DNA of 64,000 bases from Candidatus Eiseniibacteriota bacterium. Lineage in GTDB: Bacteria > Eisenbacteria > RBG-16-71-46 > JABDJR01. The notes under the pieces are model-generated. The model saw only the letters and a program-made list of their open reading frames with translations. It ran no database searches and was not told where the DNA came from. A program made the position numbers and the translations under genes. Below are positions 38,208-48,134 of the stretch, one piece after another. The stretch covers positions 259,418 through 323,417 of the forward strand of contig CAWANH010000003.1 of assembly GCA_963783375.1 (NCBI GenBank), given 5' to 3'. The number at the start of each line of letters is the position of its first letter. The first letter of the stretch is position 1.

Positions 38208-40301
38208 ATGAACGTGATGCGCCACGCCCTGTTTCGATTCTCCCGCCCGCTGACCGGCGTGTGGCTGGCGCTGACGCTGGCCGGCGGGGCGCTCTTCGTG
38301 GCCCGCTTCGACCTCAACAACTCGGTCGGGATTTGGTTTCCCGAAAAGGACCCGGCGCTGGCCGGGTACGAGAGGTTCCTGGATACCTTCGGCCCCTGGG
38401 AGTGGAGTCTCCTGCTCCTGGAACCCGAGACGCGACCGGACCCCGCGCTCTTCGCCCATGTCCACGCGCTGGCCGAGAGCCTCCAGGCGATGCCGTCGAT
38501 CCGCCAGGTGGTCGATCCGCGGCCGGGGGCCGCTCCGGACGCGGCATCCGCCGCCCCGCGCCCCGCCTCCGGGCCCCCGTGGGTCCTCCCGCTCCTCCTC
38601 GAAACCGCCAACGAGATCCACCGGGGGGACGATTTCCGCCGAGGGATGCTGGCGGCGATCGACCGTCGGGTCGAAGCGTGCCCCGGCATCCGGTCCCACA
38701 CCGTGGTGGGAACCTCGGTGATCAACGTGGGGCTGAACCGCTCCGCGCGCCGGGACATGATGCTCTTCTTCGGCCTGGTGTTCGTGCTGCTGGCCGGGAT
38801 GAGCCGGTTCATGCTCCGCTCCTGGCGGGACACCGCGGTGCTCCTGGGAGTGGCCTCGGCGGCGGTGATAACGACCCTGGGCCTCGTGGCCGGGATGGGC
38901 TACACCTTCAACATCCTCACCATCATGATGCCGACGGTGCTGATCGCGCTCTCGGTGGCCAACCTCGTCCACCTGGTGCACGTGTTCCATCATCACCGCC
39001 GGACCCGGGGGTGCGGCCCCCACGAGGCCGCGCTCCGGGCCGTCCGCGAAGTCCGCCTCCCCGCGCTTGGAACCACCCTCACCACGGTGATCGGGTTCCT
39101 GTCCCTGGCGGTGAGCGACATGCCCCCGGTCCGCCAGCTCGCGCTCTTCAGCGCGGCGGGAATCGCCCTGGCCTGGATCGCCACCCTCACCCTGGCGCCG
39201 ATCCTCCTCACCGCGATGTGGGGCGGGCGCCGGGAGGCCCCTCCCGCTCCCCGGCTCCGGACGGCCCGGCTGGACGGGTGGGCGCGACGACTCCCCCGCC
39301 TCGGGGCATGGCCGGTTCTGGTCCTGGTGGCCACCACGCCGCTCCTCGCCGGGCTGGCGCGCCTCCACACCGACACCAACTACGTCGAGTTCTTCCGCCC
39401 CGGTTCGGAGGTGCGCGGGGCCTACCAGCGTTCGGAGAGCGCCGGGCTGGCCCAGACCGAACTCGACCTGGTGGTTCGCGCCCCGCGCGTCCTCGAGCCC
39501 GATGAACTCGTCCCGTACTTCAATGCGGTTCGAGATCTCCCCGAGGTTCGCGCCGTCCTCGCCCCCCGATTCACGCCCGCCCTCACCCACTTCACCGCCG
39601 AAGGCGGCCGCGCGACCCGGGCCGCGGTGTTCACGGAATTTCTGGGGAACGACGCCACCGGCGACCTCGCCCGCCGTCTCACCTCCCTCGGCGCGGCGCG
39701 GCTTCCACCCGAGGCCTCGGTGGAGGTGACGGGGAGCCCGGTGCTCTGGGAGCGCATGGACGCCAGCATCTCCCGCACCCAGCGAAGCTCGATCCTGCTG
39801 GTCGCCCTCGGCACGTTCGCGCTCCTCCTGGCGCTGTTCCGGAACCTGGCCGACGCGCTGGTGGGCTGGCTGGCCAGCGCGCTTCCCGTGGCCTGGATCC
39901 TGGGGCTCATGGGCTGGCTCGGGGTGCCGGTCACCCTGGCCACGGTGCTCATCGCGGGGATCGCCCTCGGCCTCGCCGTGGACGACACCGTTCACTTCGT
40001 GCTGGCCTTCCGCCGCCGGGTGGCGGCGGGAGCCGGCCGCCGCGAGGCGGTGGGCGACACCCTGGCCGCCCTCGGGGAGAGGATGATCGCGACCTCGGTG
40101 ATCCTGGCCGGAAGCTTCCTGGTCATGGCATTCTCCGACTTCGCGCCCACCGCGAACTTCGGGATCTTCACCGCCCTCACCATCCTCCTCGCCCTCGTCG
40201 CCGACCTCTGCCTGGTCCCCTGGGCGCTGGGACTCACCTGGCGGCGCCCCCGGTCCGCCCTGTCCACGGAAACGAACACCCCTGTGCGCGGGAGCCTCTG
40301 A
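38208..40301 (+). CDS. MMPL/RND-family lipid exporter
   Basis: Two TM halves; LTTVIGFLSL, GLAVDDTVHF, FSDFAPTANFG. Confidence 0.88.
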   Translation: MNVMRHALFRFSRPLTGVWLALTLAGGALFVARFDLNNSVGIWFPEKDPALAGYERFLDTFGPWEWSLLLLEPETRPDPALFAHVHALAESLQAMPSIRQVVDPRPGAAPDAASAAPRPASGPPWVLPLLLETANEIHRGDDFRRGMLAAIDRRVEACPGIRSHTVVGTSVINVGLNRSARRDMMLFFGLVFVLLAGMSRFMLRSWRDTAVLLGVASAAVITTLGLVAGMGYTFNILTIMMPTVLIALSVANLVHLVHVFHHHRRTRGCGPHEAALRAVREVRLPALGTTLTTVIGFLSLAVSDMPPVRQLALFSAAGIALAWIATLTLAPILLTAMWGGRREAPPAPRLRTARLDGWARRLPRLGAWPVLVLVATTPLLAGLARLHTDTNYVEFFRPGSEVRGAYQRSESAGLAQTELDLVVRAPRVLEPDELVPYFNAVRDLPEVRAVLAPRFTPALTHFTAEGGRATRAAVFTEFLGNDATGDLARRLTSLGAARLPPEASVEVTGSPVLWERMDASISRTQRSSILLVALGTFALLLALFRNLADALVGWLASALPVAWILGLMGWLGVPVTLATVLIAGIALGLAVDDTVHFVLAFRRRVAAGAGRREAVGDTLAALGERMIATSVILAGSFLVMAFSDFAPTANFGIFTALTILLALVADLCLVPWALGLTWRRPRSALSTETNTPVRGSL

Positions 40302-40464
40302 CCGGCGCGCCCCCCTCCCTCGACGCAACGCGCGACCCGGCCCGTAACCGGCCTATTCATAGATTGTTGGAAGGTTCAGACGCGGGCCGCGAACCCTGGC
40401 ATGGAACTTGGATTGCGGAGGGGCAACGGTCCACTGGGGGACCGCCAGCAAGGAGTCGAAGGCC

Positions 40465-40884
40465 ATGAAAGAGCATCACCCACATCGGGATCGCCCCCTG
40501 GCGGTGATGGCGTTTCTGGGAAGCGCTCTCCTCGCCGCCTTCTGGGCGCTCTACCTCGCCGGAGCGATCACCCTGGGCGAGCCCGGAAGCGCGGTGGCCG
40601 CCTTCGAGTCCGCCTTCCCCGCCGCCGACGCCCTCGCCGCCGGGCTTCTGATCGCCGCCGGGGTGGCGCTCTGGCGGGGCCGGCCGGCCGGCCGGATGGT
40701 CATGACCGCCGGCGCCTCGATGGTGCTCTACCTCGGCGTGCTCGACCTGACCTTCTACTCGCGACAGGGTTTCTTCAGCCGGCTCGGGGGCGAGTCGCTG
40801 CTCGAGCTGGCGCTCATCGCCGCCTGCCTGGCCGGGGGGGCCTACGCCCTCGTCCGCTGCCGGCGGCTGGGGAGGACGTCATGA
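40465..40884 (+). CDS. Small 4-TM membrane protein
   Basis: Four hydrophobic segments; FESAFPAAD; ATGA overlap with the UbiA gene. Confidence 0.7.
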   Translation: MKEHHPHRDRPLAVMAFLGSALLAAFWALYLAGAITLGEPGSAVAAFESAFPAADALAAGLLIAAGVALWRGRPAGRMVMTAGASMVLYLGVLDLTFYSRQGFFSRLGGESLLELALIAACLAGGAYALVRCRRLGRTS

Positions 40885-41918
40885 ACCGCAGAGCTTCGCT
40901 GGCGCTACGTTTCGGTCAGGAATGGGGACGGGAAGTCCGTCACGAGGCGGCGGCCGCGCCGATCCTGAGCGCGCGGTTCGCCTCGGACTTTCTCACCACC
41001 ATGCGGCCCTACCTGCTCTTCCTCTCCGGGATCACCGGGCTCGTGGGTCTGGCCCTGGCCCCGCCGGTCCCGGCGCCGATCACCGCCGCCCTCGCCCTGG
41101 TGTTCTTCTTCGCCTACGGGTTCGGGCAGGCCCTCACCGACTGCTTCCAGACCGACACCGACTCGCTCTCGTCCCCCTACCGCCCGCTGGTGACCGGGAG
41201 CCTCCGCCGGCGGGACGTGCTCGCGGTGAGCCTGGTCGCCCTTCTCACGAGCGGGGCGGTCCTGGTCGCGCTTCATCCGGCGAACCTGGTACTGGCCGGA
41301 CTCGAGATCGGGGGACTTCTCACCTACACCTGGATGAAGCGCCGCTGGTGGGGCGGGCCGCCGCACAACGCCTGGATCGTGGCTCTCCTGGTGGTGATGG
41401 GCTACGTGACCGCGTCCGGCGCCGCGGGAGCCACGGTGGTCCGTAACGGACGGGTGGGCTGGGCCGCCGCCGCCGCCTTCTTCGGGTACGCGGCGTTCGT
41501 GGTTTCGGGATACCACAAGGACGTGGAGGCGGATCGCGCCACCGGCTACCGGACGCTCCCGGTCCGCTTCGGCCGGCGGGTCTCGGCCTGGACGAGCGAC
41601 GCGCTGTCCGCGGCCGCCGTGGTCTGCGTCGCGGTGCTGGTCGCCGCCGCCCCGGGATTCGGGGGCGCGGCCGGGCTCCCCGCGCTGGCGTTTCTCGCGG
41701 CCGGCGGGGCGGCGTTCCTCGCCGCGGGGGTGAAGCTCCACCGCTCGCGCACCGACCTGGACGCCCATCCCGCGATCGCCTACGTGGTCCACGCCTACGT
41801 GCTGACCCTGGCCGCGTGCGCGGCCGCCTACCGCCCGGCCTGGTCCCCGGTTCTGGCGCTCTTCTACCTGGCGTTCGTGCTCTCTCTCCGGGCCCGGCCC
41901 TGCCGGGAACAGATCTGA
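40881..41918 (+). CDS. UbiA-family prenyltransferase with divergent Asp-rich motifs
   Basis: MRPY, TDCFQTDTD...YRPLVTGSL, LTYTWMK, KDVEADRATGYRTLPVRFG. Confidence 0.88.
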   Translation: MNRRASLALRFGQEWGREVRHEAAAAPILSARFASDFLTTMRPYLLFLSGITGLVGLALAPPVPAPITAALALVFFFAYGFGQALTDCFQTDTDSLSSPYRPLVTGSLRRRDVLAVSLVALLTSGAVLVALHPANLVLAGLEIGGLLTYTWMKRRWWGGPPHNAWIVALLVVMGYVTASGAAGATVVRNGRVGWAAAAAFFGYAAFVVSGYHKDVEADRATGYRTLPVRFGRRVSAWTSDALSAAAVVCVAVLVAAAPGFGGAAGLPALAFLAAGGAAFLAAGVKLHRSRTDLDAHPAIAYVVHAYVLTLAACAAAYRPAWSPVLALFYLAFVLSLRARPCREQI

Positions 41919-41927
41919 GGTGACGCC

Positions 41928-42839
41928 ATGATGCTCGCCATCAATCCCCGGGCCGGCGGCGGCGCCGCGCTACGCCGGTGGCGCCGGATCGAACCGGAGC
42001 TCACCCGCAACCGGGACCTGGAAGTGGAGATCATCGACGACCCGCTACGGCTGCCGGACCTCGTGGCCCGGGGCATCGCCGCCGGTCACCGGACCTTTCT
42101 GGCCGGAGGAGGCGACGGGACGGTGAACGCCCTGGCCTCGGCCCTGCTGGAGACGATCGGCGCCCGCCGGACCCTGGGAGCGGTCGGTCTCGGTTCGAGC
42201 AACGACTTCCACAAGCCTGTCCGGTCCTGTTTCGGGGGCATCCCCTGCCGGACCGACGCCGATCACGCCCGTTCCTCGGACGTGGGCCGGCTGGTGATTC
42301 ACGACCCCGACGGCGGGCGGGCGGTCCGGTACTGGCTGATCAACGCCAGCGTGGGGATCACCGCCGACGCCAACCTCCGGTTCAACCGGTCTTCGGGCGT
42401 TCTGGCCCGGCTGAAGCGGATCTCGACCGGAGCGGCCATCGGTGCCGCGGCGCTCACCACGGTCCTTGCCGACCGTGGCCGGGCGCTGGAGGTGGAGGTG
42501 GACGGACGGCTGCTTCCCGGGGAGCGCTTTCGGAACCTGGGGTTCGTGAAGAACCCGAACTTCTCGGGGTGCCTTCGTTACGACTCTCCCTTCGAGCCCC
42601 GGAGCGGGGGCTTTCACGTCCACGCGGTGGGGGACGTGTCGCTCCTGCGATTGCTCTCGCTCCTGGCCGGCCTGGCCCGGGGGCGGTTCACCGGCCGCGC
42701 GGGCACCACCTCCCTGAAGGCGTGCTCCGCCCACGTCTCGGCCCCGGAGCCCTTCGCGGTGGAGTTCGACGGCGAGGTGATGCGGGCGTCCGAAGTCGAG
42801 GTCTCGATCATTCCCCGGGGACTGGAGGTGTGCGCATGA
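41928..42839 (+). CDS. Diacylglycerol kinase family lipid kinase (YegS/BmrU/sphingosine kinase-like)
   Basis: INPRAGGG, GGDGT, GSSNDF, INASVG, EFDGE. Confidence 0.9.
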   Translation: MMLAINPRAGGGAALRRWRRIEPELTRNRDLEVEIIDDPLRLPDLVARGIAAGHRTFLAGGGDGTVNALASALLETIGARRTLGAVGLGSSNDFHKPVRSCFGGIPCRTDADHARSSDVGRLVIHDPDGGRAVRYWLINASVGITADANLRFNRSSGVLARLKRISTGAAIGAAALTTVLADRGRALEVEVDGRLLPGERFRNLGFVKNPNFSGCLRYDSPFEPRSGGFHVHAVGDVSLLRLLSLLAGLARGRFTGRAGTTSLKACSAHVSAPEPFAVEFDGEVMRASEVEVSIIPRGLEVCA

Positions 42840-43891
42840 GACGGCAGGCGTTCGAGGACGGGTGGGTCGAGAGCCTGGTGCGCGGCTTCGCGCGTTCCCC
42901 CTGCCAGCTGAACCGGGTGCACGAGAGCGACGCCGAGCTGATCCGTCTCCCGGGAACCGACATGGTCCTCGCGGTGACCGTGGATCAGATCGTGGAAGAG
43001 GTGCGGGCGGGACTCTACGACGATCCGTACCTTCTGGGCTGGATGACGGTGGCGGCGTCGGCCAGCGACCTGGCCGCGGTGGGGGCGGAACCTCTGGGCG
43101 TGTTGATCGGGGAGGTGTTCCCGGTGGACCCGGCGCCGGGGTTCGTGGAGGGTCTCCGGCGCGGCCTCGTCCGAGGCCTCGGCGGCGGCGCGTCTCCCGT
43201 CCTGGGCGGCGACACCGCGTTCGCTCCGAGACCGCCGACCTCCGCCACCGCCATCGGCCTGATCCGGGACGGCGAACCGCTCACCCGGCGCGGGGCGAGG
43301 TCCGGGCACCGGTTGTTCGCGACCGGACCGCTCGGGCGGGGATCGGCGTTCGCGTGGGCGAGGTTGCAGGGCCTTCCCGCTTCCCTCTTTCGTCCCCAGC
43401 CGAGGCTCTCCGCCGGGAGGCGCGCACGCGCGCACGCGGCGGCGGCGGCGGACACCAGCGACGGGGCGCTGGCCGCCCTCGACCTGCTCCTTCCGCCGGA
43501 GGGGCTCGATCTGGAGATCCTGGCCTCGCCGGGGGCCTACCTTCATCCCGCCGCGTTACGCCTGGCCCGGGAGCTGGGGGTTCCGGAGTGGACGCTCCTG
43601 GCCGGTCCCCACGGCGAGTTCGAGCTTCTGCTGGTCGTGCCCGAGGCCGCCGCACCGGCCTTTCGCCGGGAAATGGAGGATCTGGACCTGTCACCGGTGG
43701 AGCTGGGGACGTTCCGGGAGGGTCACGGCCTGGTGCGGATTCCTTCGGCCGGGGTGGCCGTCGATCCCGCCCGGGTCCGGGACCTCCAGCGGGACGCGGC
43801 CGCCGACGCGCGCGGGTTCCTGGCCGCCCTTCTCCGGAGCGCGCACCCGTTCACGCCGGATCGGAAGGAGGCCCGCGGTGCGATTCGATGA
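42836..43891 (+). CDS. ThiL-like (PurM/AIRS superfamily) kinase paralogue
   Basis: SDLAAVGAEP, LGGDT, TGPLG, DTSDG, GEFELL; lacks the canonical VEGVHF. Confidence 0.8.
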   Translation: MRRQAFEDGWVESLVRGFARSPCQLNRVHESDAELIRLPGTDMVLAVTVDQIVEEVRAGLYDDPYLLGWMTVAASASDLAAVGAEPLGVLIGEVFPVDPAPGFVEGLRRGLVRGLGGGASPVLGGDTAFAPRPPTSATAIGLIRDGEPLTRRGARSGHRLFATGPLGRGSAFAWARLQGLPASLFRPQPRLSAGRRARAHAAAAADTSDGALAALDLLLPPEGLDLEILASPGAYLHPAALRLARELGVPEWTLLAGPHGEFELLLVVPEAAAPAFRREMEDLDLSPVELGTFREGHGLVRIPSAGVAVDPARVRDLQRDAAADARGFLAALLRSAHPFTPDRKEARGAIR

Positions 43892-44699
43892 CGCGAGCGT
43901 GCTGGTGACCGGCGCCTCGTCGGGGATCGGCGAGGCCCTGGCGCGCGAGTTCGCCGCCCGGGGATCGCGGCTCACCCTGGCCGCCCGTCGCGAAGGCCGG
44001 TTGAAACGGTTGGCCCGGGAACTGGCGGGCGGCGGCGCGGCGCGACCCCGGGTGGCGGCCGGCGACCTCGCCGCTTCCGGCCGCGCCGAACGCGTGGTGG
44101 CCGAGGCGATCTCCGCCTGGGGCGCGCTCGACGTGCTGGTGAACAACGCCGGCATCTCGGCCTACGGGGACGGCGGGGATCTCACCCTCGACGCGTACCG
44201 CCGGATCATGGAGGTCAACTTCCTCGTCCCGGTCCGGCTCACCCTGGCCGCGCTCCCCCATTTCCTGGAGCGGGGCCGCGGCCTGGTGATCAACGTGGGC
44301 TCCCTGGCCTCCCTCTACGGGGTCCCCTACCTCGGCGCCTACGGGGCGAGCAAGGCCGCCCTGGTGAACTTCAGCCAGTCCCTCCGCGCCGAGCTTCGCG
44401 GGACCGGGGTGCGGGTGATGGCGGTCTATCCCAACTACACCGACACCGAGCTCTTCGCCCGGGAAACCGTGACCGGCGGCGCGCGCCGCCCCCGGACGCA
44501 CCGCCGGCCGGCGGACCGCGTGGCGGCGGAGATCGTCCGGGGGGCGGAACGGGGGCAAAGCGAGCTGGTGCTCACCCTGACCGGAAAGGCCATGCAGCGG
44601 GCGCGAGGGCTCGCGCCGGGGCTCCTCGACCGGGTCCTGGCCGGCATGGCGGCGCGACTTCGCGACCGGGCCGCCCTCGACAGGAGGCGAGCGTCATGA
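43878..44699 (+). CDS. SDR-family oxidoreductase
   Basis: TGASSGIG, VNNAG, YGASK; AAGGAGG SD before GTG. Confidence 0.93.
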   Translation: MRFDDASVLVTGASSGIGEALAREFAARGSRLTLAARREGRLKRLARELAGGGAARPRVAAGDLAASGRAERVVAEAISAWGALDVLVNNAGISAYGDGGDLTLDAYRRIMEVNFLVPVRLTLAALPHFLERGRGLVINVGSLASLYGVPYLGAYGASKAALVNFSQSLRAELRGTGVRVMAVYPNYTDTELFARETVTGGARRPRTHRRPADRVAAEIVRGAERGQSELVLTLTGKAMQRARGLAPGLLDRVLAGMAARLRDRAALDRRRAS

Positions 44700-46189
44700 A
44701 ACCCAAGCTCCAGATCGTCGTGCTCTTCCAGAACCTGGGGGACGAGCGCCCCTACTACGCGATGTCGCCGAGCCCTCCCCTCTCCGGGCTGTTGCTCGCC
44801 GGCCTCACCCCGCCGTCGGTGGAGGTGGAGGTGCTCCACGAGATGGTGCGGCCGATCGACTACGACACCGACGCCGACATCATCGCCCTGAGCTTCATGG
44901 ACTACTGCGCGCCCCACGCGGCGGAGGTCGCGCGCCGGTTCCGCGCCCGCGGAAAGACGGTGATCGCGGGGGGGCGCTACGCGAGCACCGACCCCGAGGC
45001 GGTCGCCCCCCACGTCGACGCGGTGGTGGCCGGGGAGGCGGAGCGGGTCTGGCCCCGGGTGGTGGAGGACGCGCTCCGCGGCCGGCTGGAGCGGATCTAC
45101 CGGGCGCCGTTCGGGGCGTCGCTGGAGGGGATTCCCCCGCCCCGGTACGATCTCGCCGAACCCGAGTTCGCGGTGCCGGTGGTGACCGAGGCCACCCGCG
45201 GCTGTCCCTTCCGGTGCAGCTACTGCCAGCTCAACATCCGCCCGGCCGGATTCCGCACCCGGCCCATCCCCGACGTGATCCGCGACCTCACCGCGGTGGA
45301 CCGGTTGCCCTGGCGCAAGCGGAAGATGGCCATGCTCTACGACAACAACCTGGCCGGGGACCTCGGCTACGCCAAGGAGCTCCTGGCCGAGATCGCCACG
45401 CTGCGGTTGTGGGGGCTCGGTACCCAGTTCAGCCTGAACGCCCTCGGCGACCGGGATTTCCTGGACCACCTGGAGCGCGCCCGCTGCCGGATGGCGTTCC
45501 TGGGGATGGAGTCCCTCTGCCAGGAGAGCCTTCGCGCGGTGAACAAGCGCCAGAACCGGGTGGCCGAGTACCGGGAACGGTTCCTGGAACTCAAGCGCCG
45601 GGGCATTCTGGTCTTCGCCGGCACCATGCTGGCCATGGATCAGGACACCCGGGGCTACTACCGCGAACTCCCGGATCTCCTGGAGGAGGTGGACCCGGGG
45701 GCGATCTTCGTGTCCATGACCATCCCCATCCCCGGCACTCCCCTCCATCGCGAGGTCGAGGCCTCGGGACGGATCCGCACCGGGGACCTTTCGTTGTACG
45801 ACGGGGATCACCTGGTGGTGGAGCCGCTCCACGTGACCGAGGCCGAGGTGTACGACGCGGTGCTCGACGTCCGCCGGCGGTTCTACGCCTGGCCGAGCGT
45901 CTTCCGGCGCTGGCTCCGGTTGGGGGCGGTCTACCTCCGCGGAAGGCGGGCGCTCCCCCGGCTCGGCCCGTTCGCGCTCCTCACCTACATCCTCCTCTCG
46001 CTCTCACGCTTCCAGCGGGCGCACACCCGGCGGCGGGTGGTGCCGTTGATCGCGCGGGCGCGGGGGACGGGGGGGCTGCCGTCGCCGTGGTGGAAGCCAG
46101 ACCTCCGTCGCCGGCGACGCTCGCCGCGCCCGGAGCCGGGATCATTGATCGAGGAGTGTCGAGCCCATGGGAACGAACGGGCCTGGTGA
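44696..46189 (+). CDS. B12-binding radical SAM enzyme
   Basis: N-terminal cobalamin-binding region (IAGG...VVAGEAE); TRGCPFRCSYC; DNNL; GMES; PIPGTPL. Confidence 0.9.
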   Translation: MKPKLQIVVLFQNLGDERPYYAMSPSPPLSGLLLAGLTPPSVEVEVLHEMVRPIDYDTDADIIALSFMDYCAPHAAEVARRFRARGKTVIAGGRYASTDPEAVAPHVDAVVAGEAERVWPRVVEDALRGRLERIYRAPFGASLEGIPPPRYDLAEPEFAVPVVTEATRGCPFRCSYCQLNIRPAGFRTRPIPDVIRDLTAVDRLPWRKRKMAMLYDNNLAGDLGYAKELLAEIATLRLWGLGTQFSLNALGDRDFLDHLERARCRMAFLGMESLCQESLRAVNKRQNRVAEYRERFLELKRRGILVFAGTMLAMDQDTRGYYRELPDLLEEVDPGAIFVSMTIPIPGTPLHREVEASGRIRTGDLSLYDGDHLVVEPLHVTEAEVYDAVLDVRRRFYAWPSVFRRWLRLGAVYLRGRRALPRLGPFALLTYILLSLSRFQRAHTRRRVVPLIARARGTGGLPSPWWKPDLRRRRRSPRPEPGSLIEECRAHGNERAW

Positions 46190-46207
46190 ACCGGGCGGCC
46201 TCTTCTC

Positions 46208-48097
46208 TCAGCGGGGCTCGGTCTGCTCCCGCGCCTTCATGCCCTGGAGGACCCGGAGGTTCTGGGCCGCCACCTGGAGCCCGGGGTCGATGGCCACCGC
46301 CCGCTGGAAGCAGGTGATGGCGTCGTCGATGCGGTTCCGTTGGGCAGCCAGGCTCCCCAGATTCATCCAGGCCTCGACGTAGCGGGGGTTCAGCCGGACC
46401 GCGGCGCGATATTCCTTCTCGGCTTCGTCCGGCCGGTTGAGCTTGAGCAGCAGGTTGGCGTAGTTGTTGTGCGCCTCGGCGTAGTCCGGACGGAGCTTCA
46501 GCACCTTGAGGTAGAGAGGTTGGGCCTCGGCATAACGCCCCATGCGGTAGAGCTGGTTGGCGACGTTGTTCAGGATCACGAAGTTGTCGGGATCGATGGC
46601 GAGGCCCTTCCGGTAGTAGGCGAGCGAGGCGTCGGCCCTGCCCGATTCGGCCAGCACGCGGCCCAGGTTCGTGTAGGTGGCGGCCCGGCCCTGGGCGGGG
46701 TCGAGCAGGGGCCAGTTGGCCAGCACGAGCATCGCGGCAAACACCCCCGCGGCGGGAATCATGGGCCGCCAGCGGCGGCGGCCGGCCAGCCGCACCCCCT
46801 CCACGACGCCGATCGCGGCGAAGAGGAGGAGGATCGGGGTCAGCGGGTAGCGGTACCGCCCGAAGACGTAGAACACCACGACGCTCCCGGCGTACCCCAC
46901 GAGGAAGAGGAGCAGAAGCGCCAGACGCCCCCGCTCCCGCCATCCGAGGACGATGCCGAAGGCGGCCAGAGGCACGAGGATTCCGAAGTTCAGGAGCGGG
47001 CCGGTGACGCGAAGGAGCCACGACCGCTCCGCGTATACCTCCTGGGCCTCGGTGTCCGACACCTCCACGCGGTTCAGAAGCAGCAGGGTCTTCCTTCCCA
47101 TGAGGCGAAGCCACTCCCCCGGCTGTCCGGTCATGAACGCCGCCGCGCGATCCGCCCAGTAGTCCGACACCTCGGCCGGGGTGAGCCGCCGCCTCGCGGC
47201 CTGTTCGGCGAGGTCGGTCGCGTCGAGCCGCTCGAAACGCGCGTCTCCGCGCCCGGGGCGAAGCGACTCATAGGTGCCGCCGGCGCCGGGATGGTTCCCG
47301 ATGTAGAGGTTGGGACCGAACTGGGACGTCGTGAGCAGGAACTCGCCCCCCACGGCGAGATTCCGGAACCCCACCGGCAGGAGCACCAGGGCGAGCCCGC
47401 CGACCAGGTAAGCGACACGACGGAGCCTGCGGCGGAGGGGACGGCCGGCGCTCAGGAGCATCCAGAGGAGGACCAGGCCGAAGAGGACGAGCGCGTTCTC
47501 CCGGGTGAGGGCGAGGAGTCCCAGGAGGGCCCCGGCGGCCACCCAGGTCCCCGGGCGTTTGGATTCCCTGGCCCGGGGAGCGAGGACCACGAGAAGCGCG
47601 CTCAGGAGAAACACGTCGAGAACGCTCTTCTGGATGAGGCCGTCGTAGAAGATGGCCGGCGGATAGACGGCCAGCCCGATCCCGGCCACGAGACCCACGG
47701 TCCGGTTCCAGAACCGGCGACCGGCCAGGAACAGGAATCCGCAGGAGAGGGAGCCCATGAGGATCTGGACCCAGCGCGCCGCGGCCAGGCTGTGTCCGAA
47801 AAGCGAGTACACCACGCCCAGGAAGTACGGGTAGAGGGGCGCCTGGTAGAAGACCCCCTCCCCCACCCAGTGGCCGGCGGCGATCCTGGCTCCCCAGTCG
47901 TCATAGCTCAGGGCGTCGCCCATCACGACGTGGAAGAGGTCTTCGTGGCGCATCTCCACCAGATAGACGATGCGAAGCGCCAGGGCGACGCCGAACACCA
48001 GGAGCGGAGCCAGCCAGGGTCGATACCCGGAAGCGGGCTTCGTTTCGGTGGGACCGGCGGGGGTTCGCTTCGACACGTGCTGCATGCTCCTTCTCAT
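46208..48097 (-). CDS. GT-C fold (GT39/PMT-like) membrane glycosyltransferase with C-terminal TPRs
   Basis: DALSYDDWG...YQAPLYPYFL, LTRENAL, RYRYP; TPRs such as PDYAEAHNNYA. Confidence 0.85.
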   Translation of the reverse strand: MRRSMQHVSKRTPAGPTETKPASGYRPWLAPLLVFGVALALRIVYLVEMRHEDLFHVVMGDALSYDDWGARIAAGHWVGEGVFYQAPLYPYFLGVVYSLFGHSLAAARWVQILMGSLSCGFLFLAGRRFWNRTVGLVAGIGLAVYPPAIFYDGLIQKSVLDVFLLSALLVVLAPRARESKRPGTWVAAGALLGLLALTRENALVLFGLVLLWMLLSAGRPLRRRLRRVAYLVGGLALVLLPVGFRNLAVGGEFLLTTSQFGPNLYIGNHPGAGGTYESLRPGRGDARFERLDATDLAEQAARRRLTPAEVSDYWADRAAAFMTGQPGEWLRLMGRKTLLLLNRVEVSDTEAQEVYAERSWLLRVTGPLLNFGILVPLAAFGIVLGWRERGRLALLLLFLVGYAGSVVVFYVFGRYRYPLTPILLLFAAIGVVEGVRLAGRRRWRPMIPAAGVFAAMLVLANWPLLDPAQGRAATYTNLGRVLAESGRADASLAYYRKGLAIDPDNFVILNNVANQLYRMGRYAEAQPLYLKVLKLRPDYAEAHNNYANLLLKLNRPDEAEKEYRAAVRLNPRYVEAWMNLGSLAAQRNRIDDAITCFQRAVAIDPGLQVAAQNLRVLQGMKAREQTEPR

Positions 48098-48134
48098 CGC
48101 TCTTCCGGATCGGTTCCGGACCGGGGCTCCCGGA

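Noticed and set aside
40881-46189. Calling the cluster an archaeal-type ether lipid/GDGT or hopanoid pathway
   Set aside because: No GGGP synthase, tetraether synthase or squalene-hopene cyclase in the window; family membership alone is insufficient
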